From positions 641,184 through 705,183 of the forward strand of contig BCKQ01000002.1 in assembly GCA_001600695.1 (NCBI GenBank): 64,000 nt of DNA, in the 5' to 3' direction. This stretch comes from Ascoidea asiatica JCM 7603. Taxonomy: Eukaryota > Fungi > Ascomycota. The notes under the pieces were generated by a model. That model was given only the letters and a program-made list of their open reading frames with translations, made no database searches and had not been told where the DNA came from. Positions 48,626 through 59,309 of the stretch are shown in pieces; the stretch's first letter is position 1; every line of letters begins with the position of its first letter. A program made the translations under genes and the position numbers.

Positions 48626-49157
48626 GATGATCAGCAGAGTATGTTTGAATATATTGATGAGTACTTCTGGTGTACTTCTGGTCCACTCTCAATCTTCTTT
48701 TACCTCGATTATATTATATTATATTATATTATATTTCTTCTTCTTCTTCTTCTTCTTCTTCTTCTTTTGTTTTATTTCTTTTCATTCCTGCAAATTCAAA
48801 TTCAAAGCCAAATCTGAAAAATCTGAAAAATCTGAAAAATTGCACGTTTCACCAGCCTTTCACACCAGCCACTTTGAAAACCAGCCACGTCTGCTTAGTC
48901 AGTGCTTACCTCAGCCTCCAGGCCTTCTCCGCCTTCCGGTTTAGGCATTTTCCTTTTTGTGACCAGATTTCAATCGGAACGAGAAAGAAAGAAACAAGAA
49001 CAAGAACAAGAACAGGAACAGGAGAAAGAAAAAAAAGAAGGTGTTTTTGATGAGTTAATACAAAGCAGAAGAAGAAGAAGAAGAAGAAGAAGAAACAGAA
49101 GAAGAAACAGAAACAGAAGCAGAGAAGCCATTGCTCGATGTAAGAAGCATTCTTTAG

Positions 49158-51017
49158 ATGATATCCTCAACTTTTATTCCCCAGAAAAACATCAGAATCC
49201 TGTTATTTTATTCTCTTTTATCACAACAACATTTACTCATTTCAAATAGATTTATTTCAACTAATAATCATCATATTCATTATCACTTTATTCATAATCA
49301 CAATGTTCTTCATAATATCAAGTCAAATACTAATCCAAGGTTCAATAAAATTATAATTCAACAAAGTTATTCATTTTTTACTTCTTCATATTCCTCAATT
49401 TCTTCAATTTCTTCTTTATCAAATGTAAATAATAACAATGAAGAAATTAACTTATATATTAAAACTTTTAAAAATTCATTAAATTTTTATAATTTAAAAC
49501 TTATTAATAATAATAAAAATAATTTAATTTCAATAAATTTAATCATTTTTCAAATTATTAAAAATTTATCATCTAATTTAAATAATTTAACTAATAATAA
49601 TAAATTGAAATTTAAAGAAAGAATATTATTTGAAATTGAAAAAAATTTAAATTTATATAATAAAGATAAAATATTATTAATTTTTTATTCAAATTTAATT
49701 ATAATTATAAATACTTTTTTTAAAAATTATAAAATTTCATATTCTCTTTTAATTAATCAATTATCTTATAATATTAATATTAATATTAATATTAAATCTA
49801 AAAAAAAAAGAAAAAAAAATTTGGAAATTATTATTTTACCATTCACAATTGATATTTTATTATCAAATTTAATTAAAAATTTTATTAAAAATCAAAATAA
49901 TAATAATAATATCATTTATCTAATTTTTAAAATTATAAAATTTTCAAAAAATTTAAATTATCCAATAAATTTAAATTTTTTAAAAATTTTATTAAATTAT
50001 TCTTTAATTAATAATAAAAATTTATTATCACAATGGATTTTTTTAAAATTTTATAATTATCAAAATTTTAAGTTTAATAATTCTCAATTAATTCAAATTT
50101 CTAAAAATTCTCAATTAAATAATAATCTTATTTTAATTAATCAAATTTTAATTTATATTAAATTTAATAATAAATTTTATAATAAATTTAATAATAAATT
50201 TAATAATAAATTTAAAAAAAAAATTTATATTCAATTTAAATTAATTCAATTAGATTCTTTATCAACAATTAAAAATCATAATTATTTATGGTTTTATTTA
50301 TTAAAATTTTTTAATAATTATAATAAATTTAATAATTTTCAAATTAAAGTTAATGATTTTCCAAATTTTTTTAAATCTTTTATTAAAAATTATCAAAATG
50401 AAAATTTGGAAATTTTTTTACAATTAAATAAATTTTTTTTTAATAAAAAAAATAATAAATTTTATTTTAATTTAATTAAAAATAATAATATAAATTTATT
50501 AATGATTAATTTATATTTAAAATTATCAATTTTAAATAATAAAATTTCATATAATTCTTTTCAAAATTTAAAAAAAATATTTCAAATAATTTCTATAAAT
50601 AATTTTGAAGAATTTAATAATAATGAAATTAATAATGAAATTAATAATGAAATTAATAATGAAATTGATAATAAATTAAAATTAAATAATGAAACTTTTT
50701 TATATTTATTAAAAGGTTCTTTCATAAATAATTTTAATTTAAATTATTTAATTGAAATTATAAAATTTTATAAAGAATTTAAAGAAAAAAATTTATTATT
50801 AATTTCAAATAATTTAAATTTAAATTCATATAGAATTATACTTGAAATTATTTATCAAAATTATAAAATTGAATTTAAAAATGGTATTAATAAAAATAAT
50901 AAAAATTCATTATATAAAAATAATTTAATTAAATGGATTTTAAAAGAAATTAATAATTTAAATTATATTAATTTAATCGATAATTATAGATATTCAGATT
51001 CAATAATTATTTCATAA
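49158..51017 (+). CDS. Uncharacterised, probably mitochondrial helical-repeat (PPR-like) protein
   Basis: 619-aa ORF; acid-free basic/hydroxylated N-terminus (NRFIS); amphipathic helical repeats with PPR-like ends (LNNETFLYLLKG, LNLNSYRIILE); divergent from OXA1. Confidence 0.6.
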   Translation: MISSTFIPQKNIRILLFYSLLSQQHLLISNRFISTNNHHIHYHFIHNHNVLHNIKSNTNPRFNKIIIQQSYSFFTSSYSSISSISSLSNVNNNNEEINLYIKTFKNSLNFYNLKLINNNKNNLISINLIIFQIIKNLSSNLNNLTNNNKLKFKERILFEIEKNLNLYNKDKILLIFYSNLIIIINTFFKNYKISYSLLINQLSYNINININIKSKKKRKKNLEIIILPFTIDILLSNLIKNFIKNQNNNNNIIYLIFKIIKFSKNLNYPINLNFLKILLNYSLINNKNLLSQWIFLKFYNYQNFKFNNSQLIQISKNSQLNNNLILINQILIYIKFNNKFYNKFNNKFNNKFKKKIYIQFKLIQLDSLSTIKNHNYLWFYLLKFFNNYNKFNNFQIKVNDFPNFFKSFIKNYQNENLEIFLQLNKFFFNKKNNKFYFNLIKNNNINLLMINLYLKLSILNNKISYNSFQNLKKIFQIISINNFEEFNNNEINNEINNEINNEIDNKLKLNNETFLYLLKGSFINNFNLNYLIEIIKFYKEFKEKNLLLISNNLNLNSYRIILEIIYQNYKIEFKNGINKNNKNSLYKNNLIKWILKEINNLNYINLIDNYRYSDSIIIS

Positions 51018-51027
51018 AAAATTTTTA

Positions 51028-51405
51028 TTATTTTCTTTTTGGTGATAATATTAAATTTGTATCAAAATATCCTGGAGCTAATTTATTCATATTTTCATTT
51101 AACCATTTATTATAATTTTCTTTATCTTTATTATTTTTTTCAATAATTTTATTTATATCATTTTTTAATAAATTTCCATTTTCAATTAAACTATTTATAT
51201 TCTCATTTATATTTTGATTGTTGTCATTATTAACATTACTTTGATTACTTTGATTTGAATCAAATGAATTCATTAAATTTGATGGTAATGAATCTGGTAA
51301 TGATTTATAATTATAAGGTAATGAAATTGCCTTTGGAGGATTGTAATAAGGAGATATTATCAATGGAATCTGAGAAAGTATTGGATCTGCTTTTTCATCT
51401 TCCAT
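51028..51405 (-). CDS. Small conserved-looking fungal protein (125 aa); BLOC-1 subunit-like identity possible but unverified
   Basis: AAAATGG start; non-repetitive motifs DPILSQIPL..SP, LPYNYKSLP and W......KLAPGYFD...LSP; central coiled coil. Confidence 0.7.
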   Translation of the reverse strand: MEDEKADPILSQIPLIISPYYNPPKAISLPYNYKSLPDSLPSNLMNSFDSNQSNQSNVNNDNNQNINENINSLIENGNLLKNDINKIIEKNNKDKENYNKWLNENMNKLAPGYFDTNLILSPKRK

Positions 51406-51949
51406 TTTGCAATGTTCTTTAAGTATTTGATGTAGTTATTCTTGATCTATTTATCTATTTATCTATTTATCTATTTATCTATTTATCATTTAATATATTT
51501 ATTTATTTACCTACTTACATATTTATTTATTGCTTTATCGTGAATTGAATACAGAGAAATGTAAACATTCTTCGTTGCCACCTGACGCTTGAATTCTTAA
51601 CTACTGCAAATTGCAAGCTTTATTTACACTCTTTAGACGAAGTCAGATTTTAAGAGAAGTAAATGATAAAACAACAAACAACAAACAATAAATAATAAAT
51701 AATAATGATAATGAATAATGAATAATAATAATGAAGTACTTTTAATTTCAGATGATTTGGATTTTGTTGAGAAATAAATTTGAATTCATGAAATAGATTT
51801 GAAATGATCTTTTACAGAGATTGAATTTCATTTACATTTATTATTGAATATATTAACTAATAACTAATAACTAATATAATACAATATAATAGAATATAAT
51901 ACAATATAATACAATATAAAATCAAGATCAAGATAAAAAGAGAATAAGA

Positions 51950-52843
51950 ATGCCACCAAAGATTGTAAAGATTACAAAAAAACCAGCACCAACATTGGAA
52001 GAAATTATTGCAAAATTACCAGATATTGATATTGTATTAAAATATATGTGGTTAATTGGACATTCACAAACATTATTTGGATTTTTAATATATTTTGCAA
52101 CAATGTTTTCAAAAAGTCCATTACCAAAATTTTGGTATACAATTTCAATAATTGGATCAATAATAACATATTCAACAGTTTTATATAGAAAATATTTATT
52201 TTCTTTATTAAGATTTAATAATTCAAATGGTAATAAAAGAATTAAAAATTTTTTTACAATTACTGAAGTTATAAAATCAGAAAATTTTCATTTTTTAATA
52301 TGTTCATTATTATGGTTATTTACACCAATAACATTATTTAAAATTTTACCATATGCAATATTTAGTTTATTAAATTTATGTCATTATTTAATTAATGATA
52401 TTTTTTTAAATTTTTCAATATCACCAATAATTTTACCATTAATTAAATATTTTGAAAAACCATTAAGAATAATTTGTGCACATATAGATATAATTTTATT
52501 TCCAATAATTTTTTTTCAAAGTTTAATAATTAATAAAAATTTATATCCATATTTTTTATATTTTTTTATATGGTTATTAAAATTAGAATCAACACAAGTT
52601 GAAAGAACACCATTTTATTCAATTATTAAAATTATTGATTATATTTTTAATTTACCACAAATTAAATTAAAAATGAGTAATAATAATAATATAAAAATTA
52701 AAATAATTTGGGAAAATTTTAAATTAGAATTTCAAAGATTATTTCCATTGGATCCAAAATATAAAACATTTTCAGGTAGAAGTAATACAGGTAATGATGA
52801 TGATACATCTTCTGTTATTTATGGACATGGTAAATTTGATTAA
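51950..52843 (+). CDS. TMEM33-family ER/nuclear-pore membrane protein (Pom33/Per33-like)
   Basis: WLIGH, GSIITYSTVLY, ENFHFL..LLW and LPYAIFSLL motifs with multiple TM helices. Confidence 0.85.
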   Translation: MPPKIVKITKKPAPTLEEIIAKLPDIDIVLKYMWLIGHSQTLFGFLIYFATMFSKSPLPKFWYTISIIGSIITYSTVLYRKYLFSLLRFNNSNGNKRIKNFFTITEVIKSENFHFLICSLLWLFTPITLFKILPYAIFSLLNLCHYLINDIFLNFSISPIILPLIKYFEKPLRIICAHIDIILFPIIFFQSLIINKNLYPYFLYFFIWLLKLESTQVERTPFYSIIKIIDYIFNLPQIKLKMSNNNNIKIKIIWENFKLEFQRLFPLDPKYKTFSGRSNTGNDDDTSSVIYGHGKFD

Positions 52844-53359
52844 TTGAAATATGAATGGAATATAAATGGAATATAAATGGAATGGGTGTTGTTGTTTATT
52901 ATTGGTGTATTTAATTTAAATAGCTGGTTTTTATAATATTTCTTTTCTCACAGCTTAATATATAATCTCTCAATAATCTGAATTACTTCCAATTCAATCA
53001 ATCTTCAATCTTCAATCTTCAATCTTCATTGATATGTAAATGATTATCATTCTTCTTTGTGGATATTTATCATTGTTTATTTATTTATCATTGTTTATTT
53101 ATTTATCATTGTTGTTGTTATTTTTGCCACTTCAAATCGCAAGCACAAAAACAGAAAAATACCCGCGAAGATGTGAAAACAGAACGAGTCCCGCAATCCT
53201 GGCTTTGACTTGCAATTGATAGGCAAACAGTACTGTACTACTGCTGTACTACTGCTGTACTATATAAAAGCTTCTCATCCCTTGTTTGTTTTAATCCTTT
53301 TTTTTTTATTTTAATTTTATTGGAATTATCAGATAAATAATAATTGATTATTACAGAGA

Positions 53360-53782
53360 ATGACTATAATGAATAAAGTATTTCTATTGGGTGCAACTGG
53401 TTATATTGGAGGTCAAATTTTATATGATTTACTTAAAAGTTTTAATGATTTTGAAATTACAGCTTTAGTTAGATCTAAAGAAAAAGGAGAAATTTTAAAA
53501 TTAAAAACTAATAATAAAATAAAAATAATTTTAGGAGATTTAAATGATAATAAACTTTTAAAAGAATATATTTTAAAAAATGATATAATAATTGCAGCTG
53601 CAGATATTTCTCATTTAAAAAGTGCAATTACAATTCATGATACTTTAATTAAAAAATTTTCAAAAACAATTTTATTTCATTTTTCTGGTTCTTCAATAAT
53701 TAGTGATTTACCAAATCCTAATAATAAAAGATCAAATAGAATTTATTCTGATATTTTAGATAATAAATTAATTAATTCAATT

Positions 53783-53815
<33 letters not shown>

Positions 53816-54421
53816 TCTTCATCTCATAATTTAGTTGATAAAACAATTTTAAGTATTGAAGAAAAAAATTTAAATTTTATTAAAACTATAATTTTATGTC
53901 CTCCAACAATTTTTGGTATAAGTAATGGTTATATAAATAAAATTTCAATACAAATTCCAGAATTAATTAAAACTTTTATAAAAAATAATTTTGGTTTTAA
54001 TATTTATTCTGGTGATTATTATTGGTCTCATATAAATATAAAAGATTTATCAAATTTTTTAATTTTTTTATTAAATAATTTATTAAATAATAATAATAAT
54101 ATACTTACTGGTAAAAAAGGTTATTATTTTATACAATCTGGTGATGATCATTTATGGAATAATGTATCTAAATATATTATTGAAAAATTATATAATAAAA
54201 ATATAATAAATTTTAAAAATGAAATTAAAAATATTGATGAAAAAAAAGCAATAGAATTAACTAATGATTTATATGCAGGTTTACTTTATGGTACAAATTC
54301 AAGAATTAAATCAGATTTAGCAAAATCTTTAGGTTGGTTACCTAAAAATTCAAAATCAAATAATGATCAATTTTTTAATTCAATTAATGATGATATTGAA
54401 TTTATTTTAAATAATAAATAA
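53360..54421 (+). CDS. Atypical SDR / NAD(P)-dependent epimerase-like protein
   Basis: Rossmann motif KVFLLGATGYIGG; ITALVRS; CPPTIFG; WSHINIKDL; GTNSR...A..LGW.P; TATATAAAAG upstream (~53261). Confidence 0.9.
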
Positions 54422-54755
54422 TAAATTATAAGTTATAATAAATTATAATAAAATATTTAAAGTTTTATGTGTTGAAAAAACTTTATTTGATTAAGGTTTG
54501 AAATTAAAGTTTGGTTTGCGCTTTAAAGTTTAGAACACTTAAGGAGTACCATAAATTTGGATTCCAAATATTTTTTTTATTGTTTTTGTGTATGAATGAG
54601 AATAAAAAAAAAAAGAAGAGGAAATTACTTTATTTATAATATAAAAGAGTATTAAATTAATTAGTTTTATAATTTATATTGTTTTTATTTATCTATTATT
54701 TATCTATTATATAAATACTAATAAATATAATATAAAAAAGATATAATATAAAAAA

Positions 54756-56237
54756 ATGAATATTAAAAAAAATAAAAAAAAAATAATTGGATTAATTATT
54801 GGAATTTTATTATCAATAATTATATTAATAATTTTAAGTTTAATAATAAAAATTAATAATATGTGTGTTTTAAGATATATTTTTGGAGGTTATAAAAAAA
54901 ATGAAAATTATTCTAATAATATTGAAAATTATAATGATCTTGATGAACTTGAAGAATTAAATGATTTAAGAATTGAAGAATTAATTAATAAAAATTCAAG
55001 TTTTAAAAATTCATTTATTAATAAAAATGGTTTTAAAAATAATAAAAGAACATGTATTTATTATTCAAATTGGTCAATTTATGATAATAGAAAACATTTT
55101 CCAAAAGATATACCAATTAAATATGTTACAAATATATTTTATTGTTTTATGAATATTGATTATAAAACTGGAGAAGTTAAATTAAGTGATAAATGGTCAG
55201 ATATTGAGATTAAATTGAATAGTATTATTATTAATAAAAATGATAAAAGTAATAATAAAAAAGTTAATGGATGTTTAGGACAATTATTTGAAATTAAAAA
55301 ATTAAATAGAAATTTAAAAATTTCAATGACAATTGGAGGTTGGTCAAATAGAAAAAATTTTAAAAAAACAATGAATAATGAAAAAAATTTTTTAAATTTT
55401 ATTAAAAGTACAATTTTTATTATGGAAGAATATGGATTTGATGGTATTGATATAGATTGGGAATATCCTGAGAATAAAAAAGAAAGTTTAAAATATTTAA
55501 AATTAATTAAAATTTTAAGAATTAAATTAGATGAAATTGAAGATTTTAAAAATTTAAAAAGAGGATCATTAATTTTAACATTAGCATCATCAAGTAATGA
55601 AGAATATAATAAATTAATAAATTTTAAAGAAATTAATAAATATATAAATTTTTTTAATTTAATGACATATGATTTTTCAGGATCATGGTCAAAAAAAGTT
55701 AATTATCATTGTAATTTATATGATAATGAAATATCTAAATTAAATAAAAATGGATTATCAGGAGATAAAGTTGTTAAATATTATATTAATAATGGAATAC
55801 CATCAGAAAAATTAAATTTAGGTATGGCAAATTATGGACGTGGATTTTTAAATACAAAAGGATTAGGATATAAATTTTTTGGAGTTGGAAATGGATCATT
55901 AGATGAAAATGGAATTTGGAATTATAAATATTTACCAATTAATAATACAAAAGAAGAATTTGATTCAATTGCAATTTCAGGATATTGTTATGATGAAAAT
56001 AAAAAAATATTTATAGGATATGATAATATTAAAAGTATAAAAATTAAAGCAGAATATGTTAATTTAAATAAATTAGGTGGTGGTATGTTTTGGGAATCAT
56101 GTGGAGATGATTATGAAAATAAAGAAAGATCATTATTAATAAATTTTGTTAAAAATTTAGGTGATATTAAAATTTTAGATAAAAATTCAAAAAATTGTAT
56201 TTATTATCCAAAAAGTAAATTTCTTCAAAATATGTAA
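54756..56237 (+). CDS. GH18 chitinase, subgroup A, Cts2/Cht4-like, with N-terminal membrane anchor
   Basis: YYSNWSIY; SIGGW-like TIGGWS; intact catalytic FDGIDIDWEYP; NLMTYDFSGSW; LGGGMFWES.GD; MSE-like CACAAAA (minus strand, 54584-54590) upstream. Confidence 0.95.
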   Translation: MNIKKNKKKIIGLIIGILLSIIILIILSLIIKINNMCVLRYIFGGYKKNENYSNNIENYNDLDELEELNDLRIEELINKNSSFKNSFINKNGFKNNKRTCIYYSNWSIYDNRKHFPKDIPIKYVTNIFYCFMNIDYKTGEVKLSDKWSDIEIKLNSIIINKNDKSNNKKVNGCLGQLFEIKKLNRNLKISMTIGGWSNRKNFKKTMNNEKNFLNFIKSTIFIMEEYGFDGIDIDWEYPENKKESLKYLKLIKILRIKLDEIEDFKNLKRGSLILTLASSSNEEYNKLINFKEINKYINFFNLMTYDFSGSWSKKVNYHCNLYDNEISKLNKNGLSGDKVVKYYINNGIPSEKLNLGMANYGRGFLNTKGLGYKFFGVGNGSLDENGIWNYKYLPINNTKEEFDSIAISGYCYDENKKIFIGYDNIKSIKIKAEYVNLNKLGGGMFWESCGDDYENKERSLLINFVKNLGDIKILDKNSKNCIYYPKSKFLQNM

Positions 56238-56252
56238 TTTAATATAATATAT

Positions 56253-56452
56253 GTATGTATGTTTTAAACCGCGATAAAATGAGATAAAATTAAACTCAAA
56301 TTACGACTTTGGTATTGAACTGAAACATTATAAAATAAAGTAACTTCTTTTTCTGAGACAACCTTGAGCACGACATTTATCATAGACAACATTGAACGTT
56401 TAAAGAAAAAAAAACGAACCGTGACTCTGAGGCGCCTGGTTAAGACATTGTT
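56253..56452 (-). ncRNA. Candidate independently transcribed box H/ACA snoRNA or other structured ncRNA
   Basis: Non-coding, locally GC-richer block that folds into hairpins and ends in ACA+3 nt; preceded by TATA (56530-56536), TTACCC and four AGCCCT Tbf1-type sites. Confidence 0.5.
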
Positions 56453-56568
56453 AATGAAGAAAAAAGGAAAAAGAAGAAAAAGAAGAAAAATAAAAGAATG
56501 AATGAAATATAAAAAGAGGAAATTAATCCTTTTATATCAGAAGAAAAGAAGAAAAGAAGAAAAGAAAA

Positions 56569-56666
56569 GGGTAACAGTGCTGATTACACTCAGGGCTCTG
56601 TGGTCAAGTCAAATAACTATCAGGGCTTTTATTTACAGGGCTATTATTATTATTATTTGTAGGGCT
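56569..56666 (-). promoter_or_regulatory. Cluster of four Tbf1-type AGCCCT sites plus Reb1-like TTACCC
   Basis: AGGGCT on the + strand at 56592, 56622, 56637 and 56661, all in the same orientation; GGGTAA at 56569. Confidence 0.65.
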
Positions 56667-57036
56667 TTAAGTCAACGAGTATTATGAATATAAACCACCA
56701 ATAACTTTTGTATATGGAAAAGTCGGGGTTCTCGAGAATTAATTAATTCAATAAATACGGATCCATGGCAGTGGCTTGCATTATGTAATCACGGGCAACA
56801 AATACTCATATCAGGGACATAAAACTAGGACACCAAACCGCACCATTCCACAAGCATGGAAACACAATCCACCGTAATTACAGTATCCTGGCACGGTAGT
56901 ACGGTGGCGTCGGATACTGCTTCCGTCTGTCTCTCGCTGCTCCTCACCAGCCCCAAACAGCCCTACCCAGCCCCTCTCCCTGTGGCTTGCTTCTTTATTC
57001 TGCTTGGCTGCGAGAAGTTCCACTCTGGCTCTGCTG

Positions 57037-57068
<32 letters not shown>

Positions 57069-57386
57069 GCTATCACTATCAACAGTAATAATACCAATAT
57101 CAATAATATTGTTCAGAGCCACTCCTGATCTAAAATCATTTTATTTTATTTTATTTTATTTTATTTTACTCTTTTCTCAACTTCAACAACTTTTGAAACT
57201 TCTGCAATCAATATCAAAACAAAATTATCAATACTTAGTTTCTTATTAAACTAATTAAAAAAAAATGATATGATATGATATGATATTCTCTTAATTTCTC
57301 TTATTTCATATCATATACAACTATAATTCATACAAATAATACAATACAAGTAATACAATACAAGTAATACAAATTATATATTTAAA

Positions 57387-58442
57387 ATGTCATATACAAA
57401 AGAACAAGAAATTTTAATTGAAAAAATTTTAACAAATAAAAATGAATATTATAAAATTTTATCAATTGAAAAAAATGCAAATGATTCTGATATTAAAAAA
57501 GCTTATAGAAAATTAGCTTTAAAAGTTCATCCTGATAAAAATCAACATCCAAAATCTTCTGAAGCTTTTAAAAAAGTAAATAAAGCTTTTGATATTTTAT
57601 CAAATAATAATAAAAGATTAATTTATGATCAAACTGGTAAAGATCCAGATTTAAGAAATACTTCAACTTCATCTTCTTCTTCCACCACTACTGGAAATAA
57701 TTCAAATACTTTTTCAAATTTTAATAATTTTCAAAATTTAAATCCAGATGATTTATTTAATAATTTTCAAAATTTTACTTTTCAATCTACTCCAAATTTT
57801 AATGATGATATTTTTAATCTTTTTTTTGGTAATCATCCAAGAGCAACTTCTTTTACTTTTGGTCCTTCTGGATTTTCTTCACGTACTTTTAATTCTCAAA
57901 GAATGAGAAATCATAATACAAATAATAATAATAATAATAATAATACTCATAATACTCAAAATAATAATAACAACAACCTTAATAATACTGATCATCAAGT
58001 TGATTTCATTACAACTTTAAAAAATTTATTACCAATACTTTTATTATTCATATTACCAATAATCTCTTCAATAACGTCTGAATCAAATTCACAATCAAAT
58101 TCAATACCATTCTCATTTAAAAAAATTATAAATAATAATTTTCAAAATTCTTTTAATAAAAAAATTATTACAAATAATTTAAAAATTTCTTATTATATTA
58201 ATGAAAAAAATTTAAAATTTTTAAATAATAATAAAAAAAATTTAAATTACTTAAATAAAAAAGTTGAAATTAAATTTATTAATAATTTAAAATTTAATTG
58301 TGATAATGAAAAAAAATATAAAGAAAAATTATATAATGATGCTTATGGTTGGTTTTTTATTGATGATGAAAAATTAAAATTTGCAAATAATTTTAAAACT
58401 CCAAATTGTGATGATTTATCTTATTATTCTGCTCTACTTTAA
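57387..58442 (+). CDS. HLJ1: ER membrane J-domain co-chaperone (Hlj1/DNAJB12-like)
   Basis: J domain with HPDKN; G/F-like linker; TM helix LLPILLLFILPII; lumenal DUF1977-like tail (CDNE...A.GWF...TPNCD.L). Confidence 0.88.
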   Translation: MSYTKEQEILIEKILTNKNEYYKILSIEKNANDSDIKKAYRKLALKVHPDKNQHPKSSEAFKKVNKAFDILSNNNKRLIYDQTGKDPDLRNTSTSSSSSTTTGNNSNTFSNFNNFQNLNPDDLFNNFQNFTFQSTPNFNDDIFNLFFGNHPRATSFTFGPSGFSSRTFNSQRMRNHNTNNNNNNNNTHNTQNNNNNNLNNTDHQVDFITTLKNLLPILLLFILPIISSITSESNSQSNSIPFSFKKIINNNFQNSFNKKIITNNLKISYYINEKNLKFLNNNKKNLNYLNKKVEIKFINNLKFNCDNEKKYKEKLYNDAYGWFFIDDEKLKFANNFKTPNCDDLSYYSALL

Positions 58443-58610
58443 TATTATCACTACTATCTACTATACCCTTTTACTTTCTATAATTACATTCTATAATTAC
58501 TTTTTATATATATATATATAATTAACTAATCTTTTATTCAAATATATATATGTAAACAATAATAATATGAAGAAAGAAATTTTAGAAATAGAATTAAAAA
58601 AATGAATTTA

Positions 58611-59309
58611 TTAAAGTTGTTGTTGAAAACTTTGTACTTTTTTTCTTGCAAATTGTAAAGCACTGAAAAACTATAATTACAAAAAAAAACAATAATAATA
58701 ATAATTATAATAATAAAATTAAAAATATATTTGTCAGTAAATTAACATTATCATTAAATTGAAATTTAAAAATTAAAATAAAAATGACATAAATTTACTT
58801 ACACCCTTTTCAGATAATTCAATATTTCTTAAAGATGGAGTTTCTGCACTTGGTCTATTTGAAACTCTAGATGCAATAACTGATCCATCAGTTTCTAAAA
58901 TAATTCCATCATCACAAGTTTCATCAATTGCTAATGAAATAAAATCATAATTTTCTTGAATTGTTTTTTTATCAATACCATGTTTTAAAACAATATCAAA
59001 TGAATCTCTTAATCCAATTAAAACTTGATATAAACTTGATTCATTTTCATTTAAATTACCAAATATATATATAATTATATCTGAAATTTCTTTATAAACA
59101 ATAATTTGATTTTCAAAAATAATAATATCTGATTTTAATTTATATGTTTTATTAAATAATAATTTTTCAAAATTTATTTGATTTTTTAAATTTGAAAATG
59201 GATTTAATTCTTTTGAATGAATTGAATGATAATATTTTGCAAATAATCTTTTACCTTCATTATCTAAAATTAAAATTCCATTTATTGAATATAATGATAA
59301 ATCTGACAT
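58611..59309 (-). CDS. RET3: Coatomer zeta subunit; 2 exons: 59309-58803 and 58670-58611
   Basis: SLYSINGILILDNEGKRLFAKYY and IDETCDDGIILETD motifs. Intron GTAAGT (58802)...TACTGAC (~58733-58739)...TAG (58671) joins EKG to FFSALQFARKKVQSFQQQL*, matching the Ret3 C-terminus (KGFLGAWGFAKSKFQERLQQGL). Confidence 0.93.

Noticed and set aside
58773-58802. ORF-track C-terminus VSKFMSFLF of RET3 as the main product
   Set aside because: Lies in an intron; the spliced exon 2 restores the conserved end.
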